This document shows positions 33,902 through 42,167 of a stretch of DNA of 42,167 nt, piece after piece. The position numbers and the translations under genes are program-made. The notes beneath the pieces were generated by a model that worked only from the letters and a program-made list of their open reading frames with translations, ran no database searches and was not told the DNA's origin. How positions within the stretch are numbered: position 1 is the stretch's first letter; each line of letters starts with the position of its first letter. Source of the stretch: a virus (lineage: Duplodnaviria > Heunggongvirae > Uroviricota > Caudoviricetes); IMG/VR virus record IMGVR_UViG_2693429605_000013; one strand, given 5' to 3'.

Positions 33902-34252
33902 ATGGCAATATCTGCAGGTCGTCTGACACAGATGATAAGTGTTCTGAAGCCGGTGTTAACCCGTAATGCTGCCGGAGAAATGACGGAAGAATGGGTGTCA
34001 TGCGGGAAAATTCATGCGGATATCCGTGGCAGGAGCAGCCGGGAGCGGATGCAGTCCGGTGCGGAAATGGCGCAGGCGGAAATCCGCATCTGGGTGCGCG
34101 GTCAGTCCGGTCGGGAAATCACGGCAGCGTCACGACTTCATGTGCTGAGTGGTCCCTGGCGTGACCGGATCCTGAACGTTGTCGGGCTGCCCGTGCCGGA
34201 TGCGACCGGCGGACGTCTGGAAATTCTCTGTCGGCTGGGAGGTGAAAAATGA
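33902..34252 (+). CDS. Head closure / head-tail adaptor protein (gp7-like)
   Basis: Size, position and strong SD AGGAGGGAGG. Confidence 0.6.
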   Translation: MAISAGRLTQMISVLKPVLTRNAAGEMTEEWVSCGKIHADIRGRSSRERMQSGAEMAQAEIRIWVRGQSGREITAASRLHVLSGPWRDRILNVVGLPVPDATGGRLEILCRLGGEK

Positions 34253-34695
34253 TCGAAACCCTGCTGGATTTTTCGGGGCTGGAGGACATCAGCCGCGATT
34301 TGCAGCTTCTGAGTGGTGCAGAAAATAACCGGGTGCTGCGTGAGGCAACCCGTGCGGGTGCGAATGTGCTGAAAGAAGAAGTGGTGTCACGGGCACCGGT
34401 ACGCAGGGGAAAACTGCGCCGCAATGTGGTGGTCCTTTCCCGGCGCTCCCGCGATGGCGGGATGGAATCCGGTGTGCATATCCGGGGTGTTAATCCGGAC
34501 ACCGGTAACAGCGATAACACCATGAAGGCGGATAACCCGCGCAACGCTTTCTACTGGCGGTTTGTGGAAATGGGGACCGTGAATATGCCACCGCACCCGT
34601 TTGTGCGTCCGGCGTTTGATGTGCGCAGTGAACAGGCAGCGCAAGTGGCGATTGCTCGGATGAACCGGGCCATTGATGAGGTACTGAGACGATGA
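34249..34695 (+). CDS. HK97 gp10-family tail-completion protein
   Basis: Position and size in the head-tail joining module; ATGA overlap. Confidence 0.6.
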   Translation: MIETLLDFSGLEDISRDLQLLSGAENNRVLREATRAGANVLKEEVVSRAPVRRGKLRRNVVVLSRRSRDGGMESGVHIRGVNPDTGNSDNTMKADNPRNAFYWRFVEMGTVNMPPHPFVRPAFDVRSEQAAQVAIARMNRAIDEVLRR

Positions 34696-35036
34696 CGGAG
34701 GCGGATTTGTATCCTCATCTGGCGCATCTTGCCGGCGGGCAGGGGTACCCGTATGTGGTCCCCCTGCTGGGTGGCAGGCCGTCGGTGGCGCTTCCGTGGG
34801 TGGTTTTCAGCCTGATTTCATCGGTGTCTGCGGACGTGATGGGCGGGCAGGCGGAGTCCTCAGTGTCGGTGCAGATAGACGTTTATGCCGGGACTGTGAC
34901 GCAGGCGCGTCAGATACGTCAGGACGCCCGTGAAGCCATAATGCTGCTGGCCCCGGGATCCGTCAGTGAAATGCAGGACTATATTCCGGAAAACCGCTGT
35001 TACCGTGCAACCCTGGAGTTTCAGGTCACGGTGTGA
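34692..35036 (+). CDS. Tail terminator protein (DUF3168-like)
   Basis: Position immediately upstream of the major tail protein; ATGA overlap. Confidence 0.55.
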   Translation: MTEADLYPHLAHLAGGQGYPYVVPLLGGRPSVALPWVVFSLISSVSADVMGGQAESSVSVQIDVYAGTVTQARQIRQDAREAIMLLAPGSVSEMQDYIPENRCYRATLEFQVTV

Positions 35037-35061
35037 CTTTTTCTTTTTTTCTACAAAACCC

Positions 35062-35088
35062 ATACCCCGCCGCGTGCGGGTTTTTTAT
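35062..35088 (+). terminator. Rho-independent terminator / attenuator between head-tail joining genes and the major tail gene
   Basis: CCCGC-CGCGT-GCGGG stem followed by TTTTTT. Confidence 0.55.
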
Positions 35089-35102
35089 TATCAGGAGGCA
35101 GA

Positions 35103-35819
35103 ATGTCTGCTTTGTATGAACGCTCACAGCTGACGCAGGTGATGATTTCATCTGCCCCGGCGACTGCTGAAACTATGGATAAGGCGGAATATCTGCGCCT
35201 GGACTGCACCATCAAGGAAGTCCAGTTCACCGCCGGTCAGAAACAGGATATTGATGTGACCACGCTCTGCTCCACCGAGCAGGAGAACATCAACGGTCTG
35301 GGGGCGTCGTCTGAGATTTCCATGTCGGGTAATTTTTATCTGAATCAGGCCCAGAACGCCCTGCGTGATGCCTATGACAATGACGCGTTGTATGCGTTTA
35401 AGGTGCTGTTTCCGTCCGGTAAGGGCTTTAAGTTCCTGGCGGAAGTGCGTCAGCACACCTGGTCATCCGGTACCAACGGCGTGGTGGCAGCAACGTTTTC
35501 ACTGCGTATGAAAGGCAAACCGGTGTCCTTTGTGGTACCGCTGGCGTTTGTGAAAAATCTGGATAAAACACTTACCGTGAATACAGGTGCGCTGCTGACA
35601 ATGTCAGTCAGTGCCAACGGGGGAACGCCGCCGTATAAATACGCCTGGAAGAAGGATGGTCAGCCGGTTGACGGGCAGACGACAGACACCTTCAGTAAGC
35701 CAGGTGCGCAGTCCGCTGATGCGGGGAAATATACCTGCGTGGTGACCGATTCGGCAGAGAAAGCACAGAGTGTGACGTCTGTTGAATGCACCGTGACAGT
35801 GAGCGCAGCCGCCGGATAA
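35103..35819 (+). CDS. Major tail protein with C-terminal Ig-like domain
   Basis: 238-aa ORF with CAGGAGG SD; C-terminal ~90 aa (…TVNTGALLTMSVSANGGTPPYKYAWKKDGQPVDGQTTDTFSKPGAQSADAGKYTCVVTD…) resembles an Ig-like domain. Confidence 0.75.
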   Translation: MSALYERSQLTQVMISSAPATAETMDKAEYLRLDCTIKEVQFTAGQKQDIDVTTLCSTEQENINGLGASSEISMSGNFYLNQAQNALRDAYDNDALYAFKVLFPSGKGFKFLAEVRQHTWSSGTNGVVAATFSLRMKGKPVSFVVPLAFVKNLDKTLTVNTGALLTMSVSANGGTPPYKYAWKKDGQPVDGQTTDTFSKPGAQSADAGKYTCVVTDSAEKAQSVTSVECTVTVSAAAG

Positions 35820-35833
35820 GGGGATGGGTCATC

Positions 35834-36208
35834 ATGAAAAAGGATCTGAAAACGCTGGCGCTGGCCAGACTGTCAGGGTTTCGTCATAAAACGGTGAAGG
35901 TGCCGGAATGGGGTAATGTCAGCGTGGTGCTGCGGGAGCCTTCGGCAGAGGCCTGGTATCTGTGGCAGGAAGTGCTCAATGGTGATGGAGAGGATGACGA
36001 TACCCTGTCGGTGGTGGCGAAAACCCGCCGTAACCTGGAAGCGGATGTGACGCTGTTCTGCGATGTCCTGTGTGATACGGATCTGCAGCGGGTGTTCGCT
36101 CCGGACGACCGTGAGCAGGTGCTGGCCGTCTATGGTCCGGTACATGCCCGGTTGCTGCGTCAGGCACTGGAACTGATCGCTGATGCAGAGTCGGCCAGAA
36201 AAAAGTAG
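35834..36208 (+). CDS. Tail assembly chaperone (lambda gpG-like)
   Basis: Position between major tail and tape measure genes; ends at TAG directly after the slippery heptamer A_AAA_AAG. ATG 35834 preferred over the track's upstream start. Confidence 0.7.
   Translation: MKKDLKTLALARLSGFRHKTVKVPEWGNVSVVLREPSAEAWYLWQEVLNGDGEDDDTLSVVAKTRRNLEADVTLFCDVLCDTDLQRVFAPDDREQVLAVYGPVHARLLRQALELIADAESARKK
36199..36205 (+). other. Programmed -1 ribosomal frameshift site (slippery heptamer A AAA AAG) giving a G-T fusion chaperone
   Basis: Heptamer is in X_XXY_YYZ register in the G frame, one codon before the stop; the -1 frame opens directly into ORF 36232-36513. Confidence 0.6.
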
Positions 36209-36231
36209 CCCGCCCGGAAATTCGCTTTCTG

Positions 36232-36513
36232 ATGCGACTTGCGCTCCGTCTGGGGCGCACCTTATCCGAACTGCGGCACAGCCTGAGTGTGAGCGAGGCG
36301 ATGATGTGGATGGAGTTCGACAGGGTATCCCCGCTGGGTGATGAGCGCGGGGATATCCGTAATGCACAGATCGTGAAAGCGGTTTTTGGGGCACAGGGGA
36401 TGAATGTTGCACTGAAGGACGCCATGCTCTGCTGGGGCGAGGATGAGGATAAGCCGGAGGTGGATCCGTTTGCGGCGCTGGAAGACGCGCTGAGCTTCGC
36501 AGCACAGTCATGA
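36232..36513 (+). CDS. gpT-like extension of tail assembly chaperone (expressed as G-T fusion via -1 frameshift)
   Basis: ORF in the -1 frame relative to G, contiguous with the slippery site; canonical position before the tape measure gene. Confidence 0.6.
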   Translation: MRLALRLGRTLSELRHSLSVSEAMMWMEFDRVSPLGDERGDIRNAQIVKAVFGAQGMNVALKDAMLCWGEDEDKPEVDPFAALEDALSFAAQS

Positions 36514-36560
36514 ATGATGAGAACCGCTGAGGCGGTTTTTTTACGCCCGGAGAAAGGTGA

Positions 36561-39500
36561 ATGGCGACGTTACGTGAACTGATTATCAAAATTTCGGCAA
36601 ATTCGCAGTCATTCCAGTCGGAGATCCAGCGGGCTTCCCGCATGGGCAGTGAATATTACCGGACCCTGCAGAATGGCGGGCGTCAGGCTGCCGCAGTCGC
36701 CCGGGAGCAGCGACGCGCCCTGGCTGAGCTGAACAGCCAGTTGACGGAAATCCGCGCTTCAGCTGCCGGAACGGCGGGGGCATTTGCAGGTGCCTTTGCC
36801 ACCGGACACCTGATTTCTCTGGCCGATGAATGGAGTTCCGTGAATGCCCGACTGAAACAGGCGTCGCAGTCATCCGATGAATTTTCGTCATCACAGAAAG
36901 TGCTGATGGATATCAGCCAGCGGATGGGCACGGCATTTTCAGATAATGCGGCCCTGTTTGCCCGCTCGGCAGCCTCAATGCGTGAATATGGTTACAGTGC
37001 TGATGATGTGCTGAAGGTGACGGAGGCCATTTCCACGGGGCTGAAAATCTCCGGTGCCAGTACGGCAGAGGCGGGCTCGGTGATCACCCAGTTCAGCCAG
37101 GCGCTGGCACAGGGTGTGTTACGCGGTGAGGAATTTAATTCGGTCAATGAAAGCGGAGACCGGATCGTACGTGCACTGGCTGCGGGTATGGGCGTGGCCC
37201 GTAAAGACCTTAAGGCGATGGCGGACGACGGCAAACTGACGGCGGATAAAGTCGTTCCTGCGTTAATCAGCCAGCTGGGGGTATTGCGTGATGAATATGC
37301 CGCCATGCCGGAAACGGTCTCTGACGGGATCACAAAGGTGGAAAACGCCTTTATGGCCTGGGTGGGTGGCGCGAATGAAGCCAGCGGGGTGACAAAAACG
37401 CTCTCCGGCGTGCTGAACGGTGTTGCCGGTAATATTGATAATGTGGCAACAGCCGCGGGGGCGCTGGTTGCCGTCGGGGTTGCCCGGTACTTTGGCAATA
37501 TGGCCTCCGGAGCGGTGTCTGCCACGGCAGGACTTGTGACGGCAGCACGTAATGAAGTGGCACTGGCGGAAGCACAGCTCAGGGGGACGCAGATTGCCAC
37601 GGCGCGGGCAAGGGCAGCCGTGTACCGTGCACAGCAGGCTGTGGCGGCAGCCCGCGGGACGGAGATGCAGATTGCTGCAGAAGCCCGTCTGGCGGCCACA
37701 CAGGAACGCCTGAACAGAAATATTGCTGCCAGAACCGCAGCCCAGAATGAGCTGAACAGTACAACGGCGGTGGGCTCACGTCTGATGACTGGTGCGTTGG
37801 GACTGGTTGGTGGCGTACCCGGACTGGTGATGCTGGGGGCAGCAGCATGGTATACGCTGTACCAGAATCAGGAGCAGGCCAGGGAGTCAGCGCGCCAGTA
37901 TGCACTGACGATAGATGAAATCGCGCATAAAACGCCGTCAATGTCTTTGCCTGAAGCCTCAGATAATGAAGGACGAACACGGGCGGCGCTGGCAGAGCAG
38001 AACCGGCTGATTGATGAACAGGCCAGCCGGGTGAAATCCCTGCAGGAAAAAATCGCTGGATATCAGTATGTTCTGGCTAACCCTGGCTGGACAACCGGTG
38101 ACGGATTCATGATAAACCATCTGACATCGGTGAAGACCGTGACGGAAGGGCTTTCTCAGGCAACAGAGCAGCTTGCCGTTGAGCAGTCCCGTCTGGCACA
38201 GATGCAGGAAAAAGTGCAGTCCATTCAGGATGTGCTTGCCGGGCTGGAAGACCGTCGTGTGGCGTTAATTCGTCAGCAGGCGGCAGAGCAGAATAAGGTG
38301 TACCAGTCCATGCTGGTTATGAACGGTCAGCATACGGAATTCAACCGTCTGCTGGGGCTGGGGAATGAACTGCTTCAGCAGCGTCAGGGACTGGTGAATG
38401 TACCGTTACGGCTGCCGCAGGCCACCCTGGATGATAAACAGCAGAGCGCCCTGACAAAAACAGAACGTGAGCTGGCCCTGTCCCGACTGAAGGGGGAGGA
38501 AAAAGAGCGTGCCCGGCTGGGGTATGCGGCGGATGACCTTGGTTTTGTGGGGGATTCGTATCAGGAGGCGAGACAGCGTTATATCAGTAATGCTCTGGAA
38601 GCCTGGCGTAATAACGAGGCGAACAAACCTAAATCCCGGGGTGGAAAATCAGAGACGGAAAAAGCGGAAGACAGTTTTTCCCGGCTACTGAAGCAGCAGA
38701 AAGAGCAACTGGCACTGGCGGGTCAGAATACAGAGCTGGCGAAGCTGAAGTACCAGACTGCGCAGGGCGAACTGAAAACCCTGACGGAGATGCAGAAGCA
38801 GGAACTGCTGCGTAACGCGGCCCTGATTGACCAGCAAAAAATCCGGGAACAGTTGCGATCCCGGGAAGAGACCCTGAAGAATGATAATGTGGCTGCGCGT
38901 GCATCAAATGAAGCCGAACTGCTGGGATACGGGCAGGGAGAACGAGCCAGGGAACGCATGCGGGAGTTGCAGCAGATCCGCGACAGCTTCCGCCAGAAGG
39001 ATGCGGACCTTCAGTCTCAGTATCAGACCGGGGATATCAGTGAGGATTTTTACAGACAGGCACGGGCACAGAACGCGCAGTATCTGAGCGAACGCCTTAA
39101 GGACCAGGCAGCCTTTTATGCCGAATCGGATGCGCAGCGTGCGGACTGGCAGAAAGGCTTGCAGGAGGGGCTCAGTAACTGGGTGGACAATGCATCCGAT
39201 TACGCTTCACAGGCAGCACAGCTTGCGACGGAGGGTATCTCAGGGATGGTGAATAACATCACGGAGATGCTGAACGGAAACAAAGTGGAATGGCGCAACT
39301 GGGCCTCATCCGTACTGCAGGAAATCTCAAAAGTTCTTATGAATGCCGCGATTGTCAACGGAATTAAGACGGCGGCAAACGGTATGTCCGGTGCGGGAGG
39401 ATTTATTGGCAGCATTGGTGACTGGCTGGGCGGTGCGGTGGCCAATGCAAAAGGCGGCGTGTATACCTCGGCAAACCTGAGTGCGTACAGCAACAGCATT

Positions 39501-39803
39501 GTGGACACGCCCACGTACTTTGCGTTTGCAAAAGGGGCCGGGCTGATGGGGGAAGCCGGACCTGAAGCCATTATGCCCCTGACCCGGGCGGCGGATGGCT
39601 CGCTGGGCGTACGCGCGGTGGGCAGTATGAACGGCAGTGCCGGTCTGGTGTATTCCCCGGTCTACCACATCGCCATTCAGAATGACGGGGCTAACGGACA
39701 GATAGGGGCGGAGGCGGCAGGCAGTCTTGTGCAGCTGATTGACCAGCGGGTGCAGGCGGTGATGCTGTCCATGCGACGTGACGGAGGAATGCTGAGTGGC
39801 TGA
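36561..39803 (+). CDS. Tail tape measure protein
   Basis: 1080-aa ORF, Ala/Gln-rich with extended helical segments; canonical position; ATG with GGAGAAAGGTGA SD. Confidence 0.9.
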   Translation: MATLRELIIKISANSQSFQSEIQRASRMGSEYYRTLQNGGRQAAAVAREQRRALAELNSQLTEIRASAAGTAGAFAGAFATGHLISLADEWSSVNARLKQASQSSDEFSSSQKVLMDISQRMGTAFSDNAALFARSAASMREYGYSADDVLKVTEAISTGLKISGASTAEAGSVITQFSQALAQGVLRGEEFNSVNESGDRIVRALAAGMGVARKDLKAMADDGKLTADKVVPALISQLGVLRDEYAAMPETVSDGITKVENAFMAWVGGANEASGVTKTLSGVLNGVAGNIDNVATAAGALVAVGVARYFGNMASGAVSATAGLVTAARNEVALAEAQLRGTQIATARARAAVYRAQQAVAAARGTEMQIAAEARLAATQERLNRNIAARTAAQNELNSTTAVGSRLMTGALGLVGGVPGLVMLGAAAWYTLYQNQEQARESARQYALTIDEIAHKTPSMSLPEASDNEGRTRAALAEQNRLIDEQASRVKSLQEKIAGYQYVLANPGWTTGDGFMINHLTSVKTVTEGLSQATEQLAVEQSRLAQMQEKVQSIQDVLAGLEDRRVALIRQQAAEQNKVYQSMLVMNGQHTEFNRLLGLGNELLQQRQGLVNVPLRLPQATLDDKQQSALTKTERELALSRLKGEEKERARLGYAADDLGFVGDSYQEARQRYISNALEAWRNNEANKPKSRGGKSETEKAEDSFSRLLKQQKEQLALAGQNTELAKLKYQTAQGELKTLTEMQKQELLRNAALIDQQKIREQLRSREETLKNDNVAARASNEAELLGYGQGERARERMRELQQIRDSFRQKDADLQSQYQTGDISEDFYRQARAQNAQYLSERLKDQAAFYAESDAQRADWQKGLQEGLSNWVDNASDYASQAAQLATEGISGMVNNITEMLNGNKVEWRNWASSVLQEISKVLMNAAIVNGIKTAANGMSGAGGFIGSIGDWLGGAVANAKGGVYTSANLSAYSNSIVDTPTYFAFAKGAGLMGEAGPEAIMPLTRAADGSLGVRAVGSMNGSAGLVYSPVYHIAIQNDGANGQIGAEAAGSLVQLIDQRVQAVMLSMRRDGGMLSG

Positions 39804-40137
39804 GATAAAAACGCTGCATCTGGTCCCGCGTGAAGGGATGCAGGTGAGTGAGAAACCGTCGGTGGTGAGGGTTCGGTTTGGTGACGGTTATGAACAGCGC
39901 CGACCGACGGGACTTAATGCCAGACTGAAGACGTTTCAGGCGGTGTTCCGGGTGACGGATGAACCAACCCGGCGCTGGCTGGATGAATTTTTATCCTGGC
40001 ATGGTGGTTACCGTGCCTTTTTGTGGCGACCGCCGAAACATAACCGGACGGTGAGGGTGGTGTGCCGGGAGTGGAGCGTCACAGATAACGCCAGGTACAG
40101 TGATTTCAGTTGTACGATTGAGCAGGTGGTGAACTGA
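39796..40137 (+). CDS. Minor tail protein (lambda gpM-like)
   Basis: 113-aa ORF directly after the tape measure gene; GTG start overlapping its stop, with GGAGGA SD. Confidence 0.75.
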   Translation: MAEIKTLHLVPREGMQVSEKPSVVRVRFGDGYEQRRPTGLNARLKTFQAVFRVTDEPTRRWLDEFLSWHGGYRAFLWRPPKHNRTVRVVCREWSVTDNARYSDFSCTIEQVVN

Positions 40138-40835
40138 TGCAGGATATTCGCGAAGAAAGTCTGAACGAGTCGGTTAAGTCAGAGCAGTCACCGCGGGTGG
40201 TACTCTGGGAAATCGACCTGACGGTACAGGGTGGTGAGCGGTATTTTTTCTGTAATGAGCTGAATGAAAAAGGGGAGCCGGTCACCTGGCAGGGGCGTAA
40301 GTATGAGGCATACCCGATTGACGGCAGCGGCTTTGAGATGAACGGCCGGGGCAGCAGTGCCCGCCCGTCGCTGACGGTGTCCAATCTGTTTGGCCTTGTC
40401 ACCGGGATGGCGGAGGACCTGCAGAGTCTGGTGGGGGCCACGGTGGTCCGCCGCCGGGTGTATGCCCGTTTTCTGGATGCGGTGAATTTCGTTGCGGGCA
40501 ATCCGGAGGCGGACCCGGAGCAGGAGCTGAGTGACCGCTGGGTGGTGGAGCAGATGTCGCAGCTGACAGCCATGACGGCCTCGTTTGTGCTGGCTACACC
40601 GACCGAGACGGATGGGGCGCTGTTTCCCGGTCGCATCATGCTGGCGAACACCTGTATGTGGGATTACCGGGGAGATGAATGCGGGTATAACGGTCCTGCG
40701 GTGGCGGATGAGTTCGACAACCCCACCACGGATATCCGTAAGGACAGATGCAGCAAGTGCATGCGCGGGTGTGAACTGCGCAGGAATGTCGGCAATTTTG
40801 GCGGTTTCCTTTCCATTAATAAACTTTCGCAGTAA
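40137..40835 (+). CDS. Minor tail protein (lambda gpL-like)
   Basis: 232-aa ORF with a C-terminal Cys cluster (…CMWDYRGDECGYNG…CSKCMRGC…) as in gpL. Confidence 0.8.
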   Translation: MQDIREESLNESVKSEQSPRVVLWEIDLTVQGGERYFFCNELNEKGEPVTWQGRKYEAYPIDGSGFEMNGRGSSARPSLTVSNLFGLVTGMAEDLQSLVGATVVRRRVYARFLDAVNFVAGNPEADPEQELSDRWVVEQMSQLTAMTASFVLATPTETDGALFPGRIMLANTCMWDYRGDECGYNGPAVADEFDNPTTDIRKDRCSKCMRGCELRRNVGNFGGFLSINKLSQ

Positions 40836-40845
40836 ATCCCGGTTT

Positions 40846-41589
40846 ATGACACAGACTGAATCAGCGATTCTGGCGCATGCCCGGCGGTGTGCGCCTGCGG
40901 AGTCGTGCGGCTTCGTGATAAGCACGCCGGAGGGGGAGTGGTATATCCCTTGTGTGAATATTTCTGCAGAGCCGGAGGCGTATTTTCGTATCGCACCGGA
41001 AGACTGGCTGCGGGCAGAGATGCAGGGGGAGATTGTGGCACTGGTCCACAGTCATCCCGGTGGTCTGCCCTGGCTGAGCGAGGCCGACCGGCGGCTGCAG
41101 ATAAAAAGTGCACTGTCCTGGTGGCTGGTCTGCCGGGGGGACATTCATAAATTCCGCTGTGTGCCACATCTGACAGGACGGCGCTTTGAGCACGGGGTGA
41201 CGGACTGTTACACGCTGTTCCGGGATGCCTACCATCTGGCGGGAATTGATATGCCGGATTTTGAGCGTGAGGATGACTGGTGGCGCAACGGCCAGAACCT
41301 GTACCTGGACAACCTGGCGGAAAACGGCTTTTGCCGGGTGTCTCCGTCCTCTGCACAGGCAGGCGATATCCTGCTGTGCTGCTTTGGCGCATCGGTGGCC
41401 AATCATGCCGCCATTTACTGTGGCAACGGTGAACTGCTTCACCATATACCTGAACAACTGAGTAAACGGGAGAGGTATTCTGAAAAATGGCAACGACGAA
41501 CGCATTCTGTCTGGCGTCACCGCCACTGGTCCGCATCTGCCTTCACGGGGATTTACAACGATTTGGTCGCCGCATCAGCCTGTATGTGA
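40846..41589 (+). CDS. Tail assembly protein (lambda gpK-like; MPN/JAB-like + NlpC/P60-like domains)
   Basis: N-terminal …EIVALVHSHPGG… (JAB/MPN-like metal site) and C-terminal Cys/His papain-like region. ATG 40846 directly after the gpL stop; the track ORF starts far upstream in an overlapping frame. Confidence 0.8.
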   Translation: MTQTESAILAHARRCAPAESCGFVISTPEGEWYIPCVNISAEPEAYFRIAPEDWLRAEMQGEIVALVHSHPGGLPWLSEADRRLQIKSALSWWLVCRGDIHKFRCVPHLTGRRFEHGVTDCYTLFRDAYHLAGIDMPDFEREDDWWRNGQNLYLDNLAENGFCRVSPSSAQAGDILLCCFGASVANHAAIYCGNGELLHHIPEQLSKRERYSEKWQRRTHSVWRHRHWSASAFTGIYNDLVAASACM

Positions 41590-42167
41590 ACACGGCAGCG
41601 GAGGCCATCCGTGCCCTGTCGCTGCAGGTGCCGGGATTCCGCGGTCAGATGAACGAAGGCTGGTACCAGATACGTATTGCCGGTGAGGATACCGCGTCGG
41701 AGGCGGTGTATGCCCGTCTTCATGAGCCACTGAGCGGGAGGGCCGTGATTCATATTGTACCGCGGCTGGCAGGGGCCGGAAAGGGCGGACTGCAGATTGT
41801 GCTGGGGGCGGCAGCCATCGTGGGGTCGTTCTTCACGGCCGGGGCATCAATGGTGTTATGGGGTTCAGCCCTGGCAGCCGGTGGTTTTTCTGCCACCACG
41901 ATGCTGTTTTCTCTGGGGGCCAGCATGATTCTGGGTGGTGTGGCTCAGATGCTGGCCCCGAAGGCTAAAGTACCGGAGTACAAAAGCACGGATAACGGCA
42001 GACAGAACACGTACTTTTCCTCGCTGGATAACATGATTGCCCAGGGGAACCCGATGCCGGTGCCTTACGGTGAAATGCTGGTTGGCTCCCGCCGTATATC
42101 CCAGGACATCAGTACCCGTGATGAAGGCGGTGACGGGAAGGTGGTGGTTATCGGGCGGCAGGCATAA
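41487..42167 (+). CDS. Tail assembly protein (lambda gpI-like)
   Basis: 226-aa ORF overlapping the 3' end of the gpK-like gene as in lambda; Gly/Ala-rich hydrophobic C-terminal half; ends at the last base of the window. Confidence 0.75.
   Translation: MATTNAFCLASPPLVRICLHGDLQRFGRRISLYVNTAAEAIRALSLQVPGFRGQMNEGWYQIRIAGEDTASEAVYARLHEPLSGRAVIHIVPRLAGAGKGGLQIVLGAAAIVGSFFTAGASMVLWGSALAAGGFSATTMLFSLGASMILGGVAQMLAPKAKVPEYKSTDNGRQNTYFSSLDNMIAQGNPMPVPYGEMLVGSRRISQDISTRDEGGDGKVVVIGRQA

Larger units (their letters stand above)
1..42167. mobile_element. Lambdoid prophage, partial: integration module through tail assembly genes; right end lies beyond the window
   Basis: Contiguous phage modules in canonical lambdoid order (int-xis, early left, cI/cro, O-like, nin-like, Q, tRNAs, lysis, terminase, head, tail). 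Last ORF ends at the final base of the window. Confidence 0.9.

Noticed and set aside
35873-39668. Long minus-strand ORFs antisense to the tail chaperone and tape measure genes (35873-36643, 36992-37699, 37579-37980, 39200-39571 and others)
   Set aside because: Antisense to well-supported tail genes; Pro/Ala/Ser-rich low-complexity translations without starts or SDs.
40188-41536. Minus-strand ORFs 40188-40925, 40844-41536 and 40861-41526, and the plus-strand long form 40585-41589
   Set aside because: Antisense or alternative frames of the gpL-like and gpK-like genes; the gpK-like start at 40846 directly follows the gpL stop.
1-42167. CRISPR arrays, insertion sequences and rRNA genes
   Set aside because: No short direct repeats with regular unique spacers, no transposase-like ORF with terminal inverted repeats, and no rRNA-like sequence were seen; the only regular repeats are the ori iterons and the in-frame 150-bp tandem repeat.

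Overview
This window reads as most of a lambdoid, Stx-phage-like but stx-negative prophage of an Enterobacteriaceae host, running from the integrase to the tail assembly genes and continuing past the 3' end. The order is: int/xis and a minus-strand early-left operon (DUF551, Ea22-like, HD hydrolase, DUF2303); an immunity region (OL-like palindrome, an AT-rich ParA-like ATPase gene in the rexAB-equivalent position, cI-like repressor, divergent cro); replication and nin-like genes (O-like initiator with iterons, Dam-family methyltransferase, RusA, KilA-N, DUF968, Q-like antiterminator); an AT-rich two-gene minus-strand cassette between Q and the late region; three tRNAs; accessory genes (TerB-like, NanS-p-type esterase); lysis genes; an HNH/cos/terminase region; and HK97-like head and lambda-like tail genes including a G/GT frameshift site. 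The two strongest candidates for an undescribed system are the AT-rich two-gene cassette (308-aa soluble protein plus 4-TM membrane protein, Rex-like in architecture only) and the lone ParA-like ATPase at the rex locus. All calls rest on reading the translations and sequence by eye; no database search or computation was run, and family names are recalled from memory.
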